Shown piece by piece: positions 55,919 through 64,000 of a DNA stretch of 64,000 nucleotides. Position numbers and translations under genes: made by a program. Each line of letters starts with the position of its first letter. Within the stretch, counting starts at the first letter, position 1. The notes under the pieces were generated by a model that was given only the letters and a program-made list of their open reading frames with translations, had not been told where the DNA came from and did not search any database. The stretch lies in NCBI GenBank assembly GCA_004321905.1, contig SCQF01000046.1:25614-89613 (forward strand), given 5' to 3'. Source of the stretch: Verrucomicrobiota bacterium (lineage in GTDB: Bacteria > Verrucomicrobiota > Kiritimatiellia > CAIQIC01).

Positions 55919-56745
55919 ACGAATCCATTCCAGCCAAGCTTGGCATCATCGCGGGCAAAGGCCATTATCCGTTGCTGCTGGCCGAATCGGCGCGGCAGCA
56001 GGGCGTCCGCGAAATCTTTGCGCTCGCGTTTCACGGTGAGACCGAGCGGCGTATCCAGAAATTAGCCGACCGTGTCGTCTGGGTGCGCCTCGGCCAGTTG
56101 AGCGCGGCCTATGCCGCGCTGCAAGCCAGCGGCGTGCCGCATTTCGTCATGGCCGGTCAGATCACACCGACTTCACTCTTCAACATGCGGATGGACCGCG
56201 AATTGCTCGCGCTGCTGGGTCGGCTCCGCGAACGCAATGCTCATTCCATTTTCGGCGCGCTGACCGCAGAACTCAGCCAGCGCGGCATCGAAATGCTGCC
56301 GGCCAGCCGATTCATGGAAGCGCACATGCCCGACCCCGGCATCCTCACCACGCGCGCGCCGACGCCAGAACAGCAGGCGGATATCGAGCTTGGCCAGAAA
56401 GTCGCCAAGACAACGAGCGGATTGGAAATCGGCCAGACGGTGGCCATCAAAAACGGCACTATTTTGGCCGTCGAAGCCTTCGAGGGCACCGACGAAACGA
56501 TTCAGCGCGCCGGCAAGCTTGGCGGTCCCGGCGCGGTGGTGGTCAAAGTTTCCAAGCGCGGCCACGACGTGCGCTTCGATCTTCCGGTCGTCGGCGAACG
56601 CACACTCAAGTCGCTACGCAAAGCAGGTGTTGCCGTACTCGCCGTGGAAGCGCGCCGCACAATCTTGCTCGATCGTCCGGCCATCATCGCCCAAGCCGAA
56701 CGCCAAGGGTTGTGCTTGGTCGCCATCGAAACAACGGAGAATTGA
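55915..56745 (+). CDS. lpxI: UDP-2,3-diacylglucosamine pyrophosphatase LpxI (DUF1009 family)
   Basis: KLGIIAGKGHYPLLLAESARQQGV... is the DUF1009/LpxI N-terminus; the gene lies upstream of lpxB. Confidence 0.75.
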   Translation: MNESIPAKLGIIAGKGHYPLLLAESARQQGVREIFALAFHGETERRIQKLADRVVWVRLGQLSAAYAALQASGVPHFVMAGQITPTSLFNMRMDRELLALLGRLRERNAHSIFGALTAELSQRGIEMLPASRFMEAHMPDPGILTTRAPTPEQQADIELGQKVAKTTSGLEIGQTVAIKNGTILAVEAFEGTDETIQRAGKLGGPGAVVVKVSKRGHDVRFDLPVVGERTLKSLRKAGVAVLAVEARRTILLDRPAIIAQAERQGLCLVAIETTEN

Positions 56746-56748
56746 CCC

Positions 56749-57738
56749 ATGCTCTTCGGATCATCCAAGTCTGCCACAACTTCCGAAATGCCGACGGAAA
56801 AAATCAAAGTCGGCGTGGTTGGCGTCGGCGCACTCGGCCAACACCATGCGCGGATTTACTCCGAATTGCCGGAAGCCCAACTGGTGGGTGTCTATGACGT
56901 GGATGCCGGGCGTGCGAGTTCCATAGCTCGGAAATTCGGCGTTGCGGTTTTCCAAACCTTGGAAAGCCTGGTCGAGCAGTGCGAGGCTGCGAGCGTCGTG
57001 GTGCCCACCGACCGCCACCGCGAGATCGCCGGACTGCTGCTGGAGCACGGCCTGCACTTGCTCGTGGAAAAGCCGATTGCCGCCACCACCGCCGAGGCCG
57101 AGGCACTCGTTCAGTTGGCCGAGGCGCGTAATCTCATCTTGCAGGTCGGCCATGTCGAACGCTTCAATCCGGTGTTGGGCTTTCTCGATAGCCTGCAAAA
57201 GCCGCCACGCTTCATTGAGGCGCACCGGCTGGCCCCCTACCCTCCCCAGCGCGAAGGTCTCCCGCCGCGCGGCACCGAGGTCAGCGTTGTACTCGACCTG
57301 ATGATCCACGACCTCGAAGTGATTCTGCACCTCGTCCGCTCGCCGGTGAAGGCGATCCACGCCGTCGGCATTCCGGTTTTGAGTCCGACGGAAGACATCG
57401 CCAACGTGCGCTTGGTCTTTGAGAACGGCTGTGTCGCTAACGTCACCGCGAGTCGCATCAGTCCCGAGAAGATGCGGAAGATTCGCACCTTCTTTCCCGA
57501 TTGCTACGTCTCGCTCGATTATCAAGAGCAGAGTGGTCAAATCTACCGCAAGGACGGCGCAAACATCACCCGCGACAAGATTGAGATTGCGCGCGGCGAG
57601 CCGCTCGCCAACGAATTGCGCGCCTTCGTCCGTTGCGTTGCCGAGCGCGGCCAGCCGGTGGTCAGCGGCGCGCACGCCGCGGAGGCCCTCAAACTTGCGG
57701 TCGCCATCATGCACCGTATCCGCGAGGGCGCGTCGTGA
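56749..57738 (+). CDS. Gfo/Idh/MocA-family NAD(P)-dependent oxidoreductase (between lpxI and lpxB)
   Basis: IKVGVVGVGALGQHHARIY Rossmann fold, EKP motif. One palindromic unit is inserted in-frame (GVAVFQTLESLVEQ) at 56947-56966. Confidence 0.85.
   Translation: MLFGSSKSATTSEMPTEKIKVGVVGVGALGQHHARIYSELPEAQLVGVYDVDAGRASSIARKFGVAVFQTLESLVEQCEAASVVVPTDRHREIAGLLLEHGLHLLVEKPIAATTAEAEALVQLAEARNLILQVGHVERFNPVLGFLDSLQKPPRFIEAHRLAPYPPQREGLPPRGTEVSVVLDLMIHDLEVILHLVRSPVKAIHAVGIPVLSPTEDIANVRLVFENGCVANVTASRISPEKMRKIRTFFPDCYVSLDYQEQSGQIYRKDGANITRDKIEIARGEPLANELRAFVRCVAERGQPVVSGAHAAEALKLAVAIMHRIREGAS
56947..56966. repeat. Single palindromic unit, in-frame inside the Gfo/Idh/MocA gene
   Basis: gttttccaaaccttggaaag. 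Confidence 0.85.
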
Positions 57739-58871
57739 GCCGCACCGTGCTGGTGATCGCCGGCGAGGTCTCCGGCGACCAGCGCGCCGCCGAAGTCATC
57801 CGTGCGGTACGCGCTCAGCATCCCGATATTTCCTTTTGGGGCATTGGCGGCCCGGAGATGCGCGCCGCCGGTGCCGAAACGCTCCACGATATCCGCGAAA
57901 TGGCCGTGATGGGCTTGGTGGAGGTCTTGCGCCGCTACTTTTTCTTCCGCCGAGTTTTTAACGAGATGATCGCCGTCGCGGTGACCAAGAAACCCGACGC
58001 GGTTCTGCTGGTGGACTACCCCGGCTTCAACCTCCGCTTCGCCGCTCAAATGAAGCAACGCGGCATCAAAGTGATTTATTACATCTGCCCGCAAGTCTGG
58101 GCTTGGCACCGCTCGCGTATCCCCAAGATGGCGCAAATCGTAGATCGCTTACTGGCAATTTTCCCTTTTGAACCAGAGGTTTTCACGGGCACAAACCTGA
58201 AAGTGGATTTCGTCGGTCATCCGCTCGTGGACGTGGCCCAAGCGGCGCGCAATGCCTCACCCCGGTCGCTGCCGTGGCAAGGTGAGCCGTGTATTGCGTT
58301 GCTGCCCGGCAGCCGCCGTCAGGAAATCGAACGCATCCTGCCACCGATCTGGCAAGCCGCCGGGATCATGCAACAACAGAATCCCAACGCCAGCTTCATC
58401 CTTGCCGCACCCTCGGAGGCCGTCGCCAAAATCGTTCGCGCCACGCTCGCTTCATTGAGTAACGGGCCGACAAAATGGGAGTTGGTCATTGACCAAACGC
58501 GCGCGGTATTGCGGCAAGCGCGCGCGGCGCTGGTCGCTTCCGGCACGGCGACGCTCGAAACCGCGCTGATGAACTGCCCAATGCTCGTCGTCTATAAAAC
58601 ATCGCTGCCGACCTATCTGATCGGTCGTCAGCTCATTCGCGTCAACCACATCGGCATGGTGAATCTGATCGCGGGGCGCACGGTCTGCCCAGAATTCATT
58701 CAGCACGACGCCACGCCGGAAAAGCTGGCCGTCGCACTAACACCACTGCTCGGAGAAACTACCGAGCGCGCCGCACAACTCACCGGTCTCGCCGAAGTCG
58801 CTACTAAACTCGGCGCACCCGGTGCCGCGAATCGCGCTGCGGATATTCTGCTCACCGAACTCGGAGCGTAA
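57735..58871 (+). CDS. lpxB: Lipid-A-disaccharide synthase
   Basis: VLVIAGEVSGDQRAAEVI...LLVDYPGFNL...ICPQVWAWH are LpxB motifs. GTG start overlaps the upstream stop (GTGA). Confidence 0.9.
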   Translation: MSRTVLVIAGEVSGDQRAAEVIRAVRAQHPDISFWGIGGPEMRAAGAETLHDIREMAVMGLVEVLRRYFFFRRVFNEMIAVAVTKKPDAVLLVDYPGFNLRFAAQMKQRGIKVIYYICPQVWAWHRSRIPKMAQIVDRLLAIFPFEPEVFTGTNLKVDFVGHPLVDVAQAARNASPRSLPWQGEPCIALLPGSRRQEIERILPPIWQAAGIMQQQNPNASFILAAPSEAVAKIVRATLASLSNGPTKWELVIDQTRAVLRQARAALVASGTATLETALMNCPMLVVYKTSLPTYLIGRQLIRVNHIGMVNLIAGRTVCPEFIQHDATPEKLAVALTPLLGETTERAAQLTGLAEVATKLGAPGAANRAADILLTELGA

Positions 58872-59024
58872 AGCATCTCTGCATTGCACCACGGTTAAAA
58901 CAGCGGTTTCCTCCCCAAAATACATTTGATCAGTTCCTGCCACCTTCCAGGAGCCACGCAGTGTGGGTGGTATGGCTGCAATCACCGATTACAGCCAACG
59001 GAAGGAGTTTCAAGACCTGTTCGG

Positions 59025-59708
59025 TCAATGCACCGTTTCTGAAAATTTCTTTTCCGCCTGATAACTGAAGTAGGAATATACTGCTGGCACAATCCCGACC
59101 AAAATTACCAAGGGCAGAAGGCCCACAAGAAAGCAGAGCCGCGTTGGCAGAAACAAGCTTTCGGCGAAAAGACACGCTCCGCTCGCAACCATCAGGCGTC
59201 CACCCAGCCGGTGCGTTTTCATCCAGACCACGCGCAATTCTAGCGTCCATGGTGTGCGAAAACCGGCAAACCAATTGGGACGCAATTTGCCCATCGAATT
59301 ACCCATTACCGCAATCATCACACCCAGTCCGCCGGCAAGAAACCGGGTCATGTCCAGATGAAACCCCAGTGCCACGGCAAATATCGCCAGCGGTAGAGAG
59401 GAAAAGAACAGCGAGAATGCCAGCCGAAAAATTCTAAAAACCCCAGCGATGCTGGCCTGTGTTTCAACATCGTAATTTCGACATTTGGGATCCAAGCGCG
59501 GCAAAAAACCGATCAAGACAACCAAGGCCAGGTTGAGTATAGGAAAAAACAACGCGGCAAACTTTTTGCCGGCATAACCATCAATTTCACCACGAAAATT
59601 CCAATGAATCGGCAACCGGTCGGGCAATCTATCCCACAACAGGGCAGCAACACAAAATGGTGCGACCAGAATCAGCAGTTGCAGCCATTCTCTTTTTAGA
59701 AATTTCAT
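59025..59708 (-). CDS. SdpI/YhfL-family membrane protein (DUF1648 plus SdpI immunity-protein-like)
   Basis: Six predicted TM helices; WNFRGEIDGYAGK and GFRTPWTL motifs typical of SdpI-like proteins. Low-GC region; coupled to the ArsR regulator. Confidence 0.62.
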   Translation of the reverse strand: MKFLKREWLQLLILVAPFCVAALLWDRLPDRLPIHWNFRGEIDGYAGKKFAALFFPILNLALVVLIGFLPRLDPKCRNYDVETQASIAGVFRIFRLAFSLFFSSLPLAIFAVALGFHLDMTRFLAGGLGVMIAVMGNSMGKLRPNWFAGFRTPWTLELRVVWMKTHRLGGRLMVASGACLFAESLFLPTRLCFLVGLLPLVILVGIVPAVYSYFSYQAEKKFSETVH

Positions 59709-59980
59709 TAGGCTCCTCTTTTCTGTTTCTTGGTTATTTTCAAAAGCCAGGCAAAACATTCCTCAAGCACACTGGTATTCAGCGAATAGATGATAAATTG
59801 TCTATTTTTTTCGGGGAGAATCAACCCGGCTTGCTTGAGTAAATCCAGATGATGTGAAATCGTCGGCTTGCCGACAGTAAAGCCCTCGGCGATTTCGCCC
59901 GCCGTCATGTCTTTCGCACGTAATTGTTCAAGAATTGCGCGTCGCGTCGGGTCATTCAAGGCTTTGAATAGTTTGTCCAT
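59708..59980 (-). CDS. ArsR/SmtB-family transcriptional regulator (SdpR-like)
   Basis: LNDPTRRAILEQLRAKDMTAGEIAEGFTVGKPTISHHLDLLKQAGLI is the ArsR HTH; translationally coupled to the downstream sdpI-like gene. Confidence 0.8.
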   Translation of the reverse strand: MDKLFKALNDPTRRAILEQLRAKDMTAGEIAEGFTVGKPTISHHLDLLKQAGLILPEKNRQFIIYSLNTSVLEECFAWLLKITKKQKRGA

Positions 59981-60087
59981 AGCATTTCGATATTTTGATA
60001 ATAATCGAAATATAAATTAAATCAACACCCCATTAAAAGTCGGCCATGGGTTGGCACTTAACGCGATCTTGATCTATCTCCGCCATT

Positions 60088-62100
60088 CTACTCAGCATCT
60101 ACAAAATCCACTATCTCGACAGGGCATTCGGGGATGGCGGCCATGAATTTACGACCGTACCACTTAGTCAGAATCCGGTTATCCAGCACAACGATGATGC
60201 CGGTATCGGTGGCGGTGCGAATGAGGCGGCCCACACCTTGGCGGAATTTGAGGATCGCCTCCGGCAAGGAGTAGTCGCGGAAGGGATCTCCGCCGCGCTC
60301 CTTGATGCGATCCATGCGCGCCTTGGTCAGTGGTTGATCGGGCACGGCGAACGGTAAGCGCGTGATGATGACGTTGCTCAAGGCCTCGCCGCGGACATCC
60401 ACGCCCATCCAGAAGCTATCGAGGCCGAACAACACCGGTGCCTCCGCCGTACGGAATTTTTCGAGCATCGCGTGGCGCGGCAAGCCCTCGCCTTGCAGCA
60501 GGAAGGTGTAATCGGCGGCGGCAAAGTGATCGGCCACCAGTTCCGCGACACGGCGCATCAGGCCGGCAGCGGTGAACAGGACAAACGCGCGACCGTGCGT
60601 TTTGGCTACGAATTGCTCAATCGCCTTGGCGGCGGCGGGCGCGAATTGCTCGGTATCGTTCGGTTCCGGCAGACCCTTCACTAGATAGATCTGCATCTGG
60701 CGTTCGTAGTTGAAGGGTGAACCAAGCTGCAAGGCCTCGGCCTCTTCTGCGCCGATGCGCTGCTGGAAATACTCCAACTTATCCCCCACGGCCAAGGTGG
60801 CGCTGGTCATGATGACGCTATCGAGTTGCTTGAACAGAGTTTCCTGCAATACCGGACCGACTTCGATCGGCGCAGAATAGAGCACGATTTGTGCGCGGCG
60901 GCGACCTTCGCGTTCGACCCAATAGACTTGGTCGGGCAAGGATTGTTCCAGAAACGCTTCCAATGCCGCGCGTAGTTCGATGCCGCGCCGCCGCAAGGCG
61001 CGTAGCTCAAACTGCCACTCTTCGTTTTTCAGACCTTCGACGACTTCGGCGAGTTGTGCGGAAAGTTTCTCCATCAACTGCAACGCGTCGGTGGACACGT
61101 CGAGCCGCTTGGTCACCACCCGATGGCTCGCCTCGGCGGTGAAGTGCGCCCATTCGTTGATGTCGGCATAGAGCCGGTCCAGCGCGTCGCCCAGTTGCGT
61201 GACGGTAAGCGCGGCCTCGCGCGCTTTGACGAGGGCGAGCAGTCCTTTGCGTTCCTCCGGCAGATAGAGCCGCCGCAGCCAATGCTCAAAGCCATAGCGC
61301 GAGAGACGCAGACCAAGGTGATCGCCGGCGACGCTTTCGAGCATATGCGCTTCGTCGAGCACAGCCAGCTTGTAGTCCGGCAGAAAGGCTGCGCCTTGCG
61401 TGCGTAGCGCCATCTCGGAGAAAAACAAATGGTGATTCACCACCAGCATATGCGCTTCGCGAATACGGGCGCGGGCGTGCATCAGAAAACACTGCTTATA
61501 TTCAGGACAACGCGCACCGAGACAGTTGCCGTGTTCGCAGCAAACCAAGTCCCAGACTTCCGGCTTCGGCTGTTCTCGCATGTCCTGTAAACTGCCGTCT
61601 GCCGTGCGCGCAGCCCACGCCGCAATCTGCTCCAACTCGTCACTCATCCCAGTCTTGAATAATTCCTTGGTGTGCCCGCGCGCGCGCGCCAGCCGGCGCA
61701 GGCAAAGGTAGTTGCTCCGGCCTTTAACCAACACCGCCTTGAAGTCCACGCCGAGATGCTTTTGGAGGAACGGGATGTCCTTGCCCATCAACTGCTCTTG
61801 CAAGGCGATGGTGTAGGTGGAGACGATCACTTGGATATTGCGCGCCTGTGCGGCCAGCGCCAGCGGCACGAGATAGGCAAAGCTCTTGCCGACGCCCGTG
61901 CCAGCCTCCACCACCAAATGTTGTGCCTGGTCAAGCGCTTGGGCCACCGCCTGTGCCATCGCGCGCTGCTGCGGGCGCGGCTCATAAGGAAAGGGTTCGC
62001 CGGCCGTTCCGCGCTCCAAACCGCCGCCGGCTTTGAAAAATGCATCCGTGCGCGCGGCGAGGTTTGTGGTCTCGGGCTGAGTTGGTCGTGGCGCAATCAC
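60088..62100 (-). CDS. dinG: ATP-dependent DNA helicase, DinG/Rad3 (XPD) family
   Basis: VEAGTGVGKSFAYLVP (Walker A), DEAH box (VLDEAHML), Fe-S cysteine region, C-terminal helicase domain. Confidence 0.8.
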   Translation of the reverse strand: MIAPRPTQPETTNLAARTDAFFKAGGGLERGTAGEPFPYEPRPQQRAMAQAVAQALDQAQHLVVEAGTGVGKSFAYLVPLALAAQARNIQVIVSTYTIALQEQLMGKDIPFLQKHLGVDFKAVLVKGRSNYLCLRRLARARGHTKELFKTGMSDELEQIAAWAARTADGSLQDMREQPKPEVWDLVCCEHGNCLGARCPEYKQCFLMHARARIREAHMLVVNHHLFFSEMALRTQGAAFLPDYKLAVLDEAHMLESVAGDHLGLRLSRYGFEHWLRRLYLPEERKGLLALVKAREAALTVTQLGDALDRLYADINEWAHFTAEASHRVVTKRLDVSTDALQLMEKLSAQLAEVVEGLKNEEWQFELRALRRRGIELRAALEAFLEQSLPDQVYWVEREGRRRAQIVLYSAPIEVGPVLQETLFKQLDSVIMTSATLAVGDKLEYFQQRIGAEEAEALQLGSPFNYERQMQIYLVKGLPEPNDTEQFAPAAAKAIEQFVAKTHGRAFVLFTAAGLMRRVAELVADHFAAADYTFLLQGEGLPRHAMLEKFRTAEAPVLFGLDSFWMGVDVRGEALSNVIITRLPFAVPDQPLTKARMDRIKERGGDPFRDYSLPEAILKFRQGVGRLIRTATDTGIIVVLDNRILTKWYGRKFMAAIPECPVEIVDFVDAE

Positions 62101-62161
62101 GCGGGCGGTTCTAACAGAAAGCGGCGCGCGGCAAAAGAAATCTCGCGCAAATTCTGAGAAT

Positions 62162-62236
62162 TGGAGCGAGCGAAGGGAGTTGAACCCTCGACATCGACCT
62201 TGGCAAGGTCGCGCTCTACCACTGAGCTACGCTCGC
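62162..62236 (-). tRNA. tRNA-Gly (anticodon GCC)
   Basis: Hand-folded on the minus strand: acceptor GCGAGCG/CGCUCGC, D-arm GCUC-AGUGGUA-GAGC, anticodon stem CGACC/GGUCG, loop UUGCCAA, T-arm GAGGG-UUCAACU-CCCUU, encoded CCA. Confidence 0.9.
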
Positions 62237-62288
62237 TTCGTGAAAGGCGGGGGAACTATGCCAATTTTTTTATCGGCTGCAAGCCTTC

Positions 62289-62339
62289 TTTTCCAGGGCT
62301 TGGAAAAAGTGATCGTTTCGTTTTCCAAGCCTTGGAAAT
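62289..62339. repeat. Paired palindromic dispersed element
   Basis: cttttccagggcttggaaaaa-N12-gttttccaagccttggaaa. Confidence 0.9.
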
Positions 62340-63967
62340 CAAGGCGTAGTTTGCGCGAGATGGTGCGCTTGTTCCAAGGTGACAAGGTCGGCCAGTATCC
62401 GCAATGTCTCGCTGAGCACGATGTCGTTCTTTTTGCGCTTCTCTTTGCCCACGGTGATCTCCTCGTCCTCCTGCTCTTGAAGGCGTTCGATCTCATGATC
62501 CTGCCGGGCTTCCATCAAGCGCGTTTGGAGATTGAGTGAAACTTCCTTTTCGTTGGCGTGTTGCGCGGCACGCTGGAGCAATTTGCGATGCACGGTGTAT
62601 TGCGGGTCCTGCGCCAAGCGCTGCGCAGAGTGCTGACGGAGTTCCGCCAGCAACGGTTGGAGCGTACGGTCGCGCGCGTAGCCGGCGGCATCCACCGTGC
62701 TCCACTGCAAAGCGTTGGGCAGAAATTCCTCACCCATCTCCATTGAGTCAAGGATGGAAGGCACCACGATATCCGGCACCACGCCCTTGAGCTGGGTCGA
62801 GCCGCCGGCGATGCGATAGAAGCTGGCGGTGGTCAGTTTGAGCGCGCCCAGTTTTTCACTGATCGGGAGCAAACTCTGCACCGTACCCTTGCCATGCGTC
62901 TTGGTGTCGCCCACGACCACCGCACGACCATAATCCTGCAACGCCGCCGCCAGAATCTCCGACGCGGAAGCACTCAGGCGATTGACGAGCACGACCAATG
63001 GCCCGGCGTAATCAATACCCGGATCGGAATCCACCAAAACCTGTACATCGTTTTGTTGGCGCACTTGGACGACCGGGCCGGAGCCGATGAATTCACCCGT
63101 CAACTCGACGGCCTCTTCCAGCGAGCCGCCGCCGTTGTTGCGCAGGTCCAGCACGACGCCATCCACATGTTGGGTGCTGAAGGTATTCAAGATCGCGCGC
63201 ACGTCATGCGCCACGCTGGTGGCATCATGCTTACCTTGTTGCTGACCTTTCATGTCGGCATAAAATTCCGGGATGGTGACCACGGCTAAACTTAGCTTGG
63301 CCCCGTTGGGCGCGGACTGGACGCGCACCTCTTCCTTGGCACGCTGTTCCTCCAGCTTGATTTCATCACGCACGAGGTCAATTTTATGCGTTTTGGTCAT
63401 GGAAAGATCGCTCTTGGGCACCACCGTCAAGACCACCTTCGTGCCTTTCTTGCCGCGAATCAGCCGTACGGTTTTATTGAGCGGCCAATGGAGCACATCC
63501 TGGGCGGGATTATCGCCCTGGGCCACGGCAATGATTTTATCGCCGGCTTTGAGGCGGCCATCCCGCTCCGCCGGCCCGCCCGGCGTGAGCCGCTCAATCA
63601 TCGCCGCACCGTCTTCCGGGCGGAGCAGCGCACCGATCCCCACCAACGAGAGGCGCATGCTAATATCAAAATCCTCCTCCGTCATAGGCGAGAAATATTC
63701 CGAGTGCGGGTCATAGGCCATGGTGAAAGCCATGAGGTAACGCTGGAGCACCCATTCCAGATCGCTGTCCTGCAACACAGTTAAAAACTGCTTGTAACGC
63801 TTGAGAATAAATTCACGTGGAGCCAGACTGGGGTCGGCACGCTCATCATCCTCGTCGCTTGCGACCTTTTTGTCGTCATGCTTTTTGATCCAACCCATCA
63901 AGCCTTTGCCTTTTTTCCCCTTGGCTTTTTCTGCGTCCGCCAGTTTCATGGCCACGACGCGTCCCAC
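62339..63967 (-). CDS. ctpA: Carboxyl-terminal processing protease (S41 peptidase with PDZ domain)
   Basis: GVVLDLRNNGGGSLEEAV...VVLVNRLSASASEILAAALQDYGRAVVVGDTKTHGKGTVQ are S41 catalytic motifs; PDZ segment upstream. Confidence 0.85.
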   Translation of the reverse strand: MGRVVAMKLADAEKAKGKKGKGLMGWIKKHDDKKVASDEDDERADPSLAPREFILKRYKQFLTVLQDSDLEWVLQRYLMAFTMAYDPHSEYFSPMTEEDFDISMRLSLVGIGALLRPEDGAAMIERLTPGGPAERDGRLKAGDKIIAVAQGDNPAQDVLHWPLNKTVRLIRGKKGTKVVLTVVPKSDLSMTKTHKIDLVRDEIKLEEQRAKEEVRVQSAPNGAKLSLAVVTIPEFYADMKGQQQGKHDATSVAHDVRAILNTFSTQHVDGVVLDLRNNGGGSLEEAVELTGEFIGSGPVVQVRQQNDVQVLVDSDPGIDYAGPLVVLVNRLSASASEILAAALQDYGRAVVVGDTKTHGKGTVQSLLPISEKLGALKLTTASFYRIAGGSTQLKGVVPDIVVPSILDSMEMGEEFLPNALQWSTVDAAGYARDRTLQPLLAELRQHSAQRLAQDPQYTVHRKLLQRAAQHANEKEVSLNLQTRLMEARQDHEIERLQEQEDEEITVGKEKRKKNDIVLSETLRILADLVTLEQAHHLAQTTP

Positions 63968-64000
63968 ATATTCATTTTCGATTTTCCGCCGCCACAGCTC

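Overview
This is a high-GC (about 60-65%) bacterial chromosomal window of mostly housekeeping genes from a Gram-negative-type organism. I could not assign a lineage from sequence alone.

Gene content:
- The distal half of the dcw cell-division cluster sits on the minus strand (murG, murC, ddl, ftsQ, ftsA, ftsZ; ftsZ runs off the window start).
- Further along are a large PAS-rich hybrid sensor kinase, serC, an addB/addA-type helicase-nuclease pair and glgB.
- Next come two glycoside hydrolases, gpsA/plsY, purA, uppS-cdsA-rseP, ahcY, an amidase, a Dus enzyme and lpxC.
- The window ends with hemW, trmB, an lpxI / Gfo-Idh-MocA oxidoreductase / lpxB cluster, an sdpR/sdpI-like pair, a DinG-like helicase and an S41 peptidase.
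- There are five tRNAs: Ala-GGC, Arg-CCG, Gly-GCC and two with a CAU anticodon.

Structure the gene list does not explain:
1. A dispersed palindromic element, TTTTCCAAGGCTTGGAAAA, occurs at about 20 loci. It usually appears as two copies separated by a 12-17 nt variable spacer. It has no stop codon in any of the six frames and sits in-frame inside murC, plsY, hemW, addA and a Gfo/Idh/MocA gene, much like Rickettsia palindromic elements.
2. Two separate loci share the architecture 'complete tRNA, small GIY-YIG (YhbQ-type) nuclease ORF, near-identical direct repeat of the tRNA 3' part'. No integrase is present. This suggests a family of tiny tRNA-targeting GIY-YIG mobile modules.
3. A four-helix-bundle ('23S rRNA intervening sequence protein') gene lies between plsY and gpsA, flanked by inverted arrays of NNNNCAG heptamer repeats. 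A third such array sits in-frame inside addB.
4. A low-GC GH5-like gene and purA each carry a copy of a ~100-nt promoter/leader repeat. The purA leader ends in an intrinsic-terminator-like hairpin 22 nt before the ATG.
5. A frameshifted LuxR-type HTH remnant lies between addA and glgB.
6. Several low-GC islets (the sdpRI-like pair, a zinc-ribbon membrane protein next to tRNA-Met, the GIY-YIG ORFs) look horizontally acquired.

No CRISPR array, cas genes, restriction-modification system or classical transposase/integrase is detectable.
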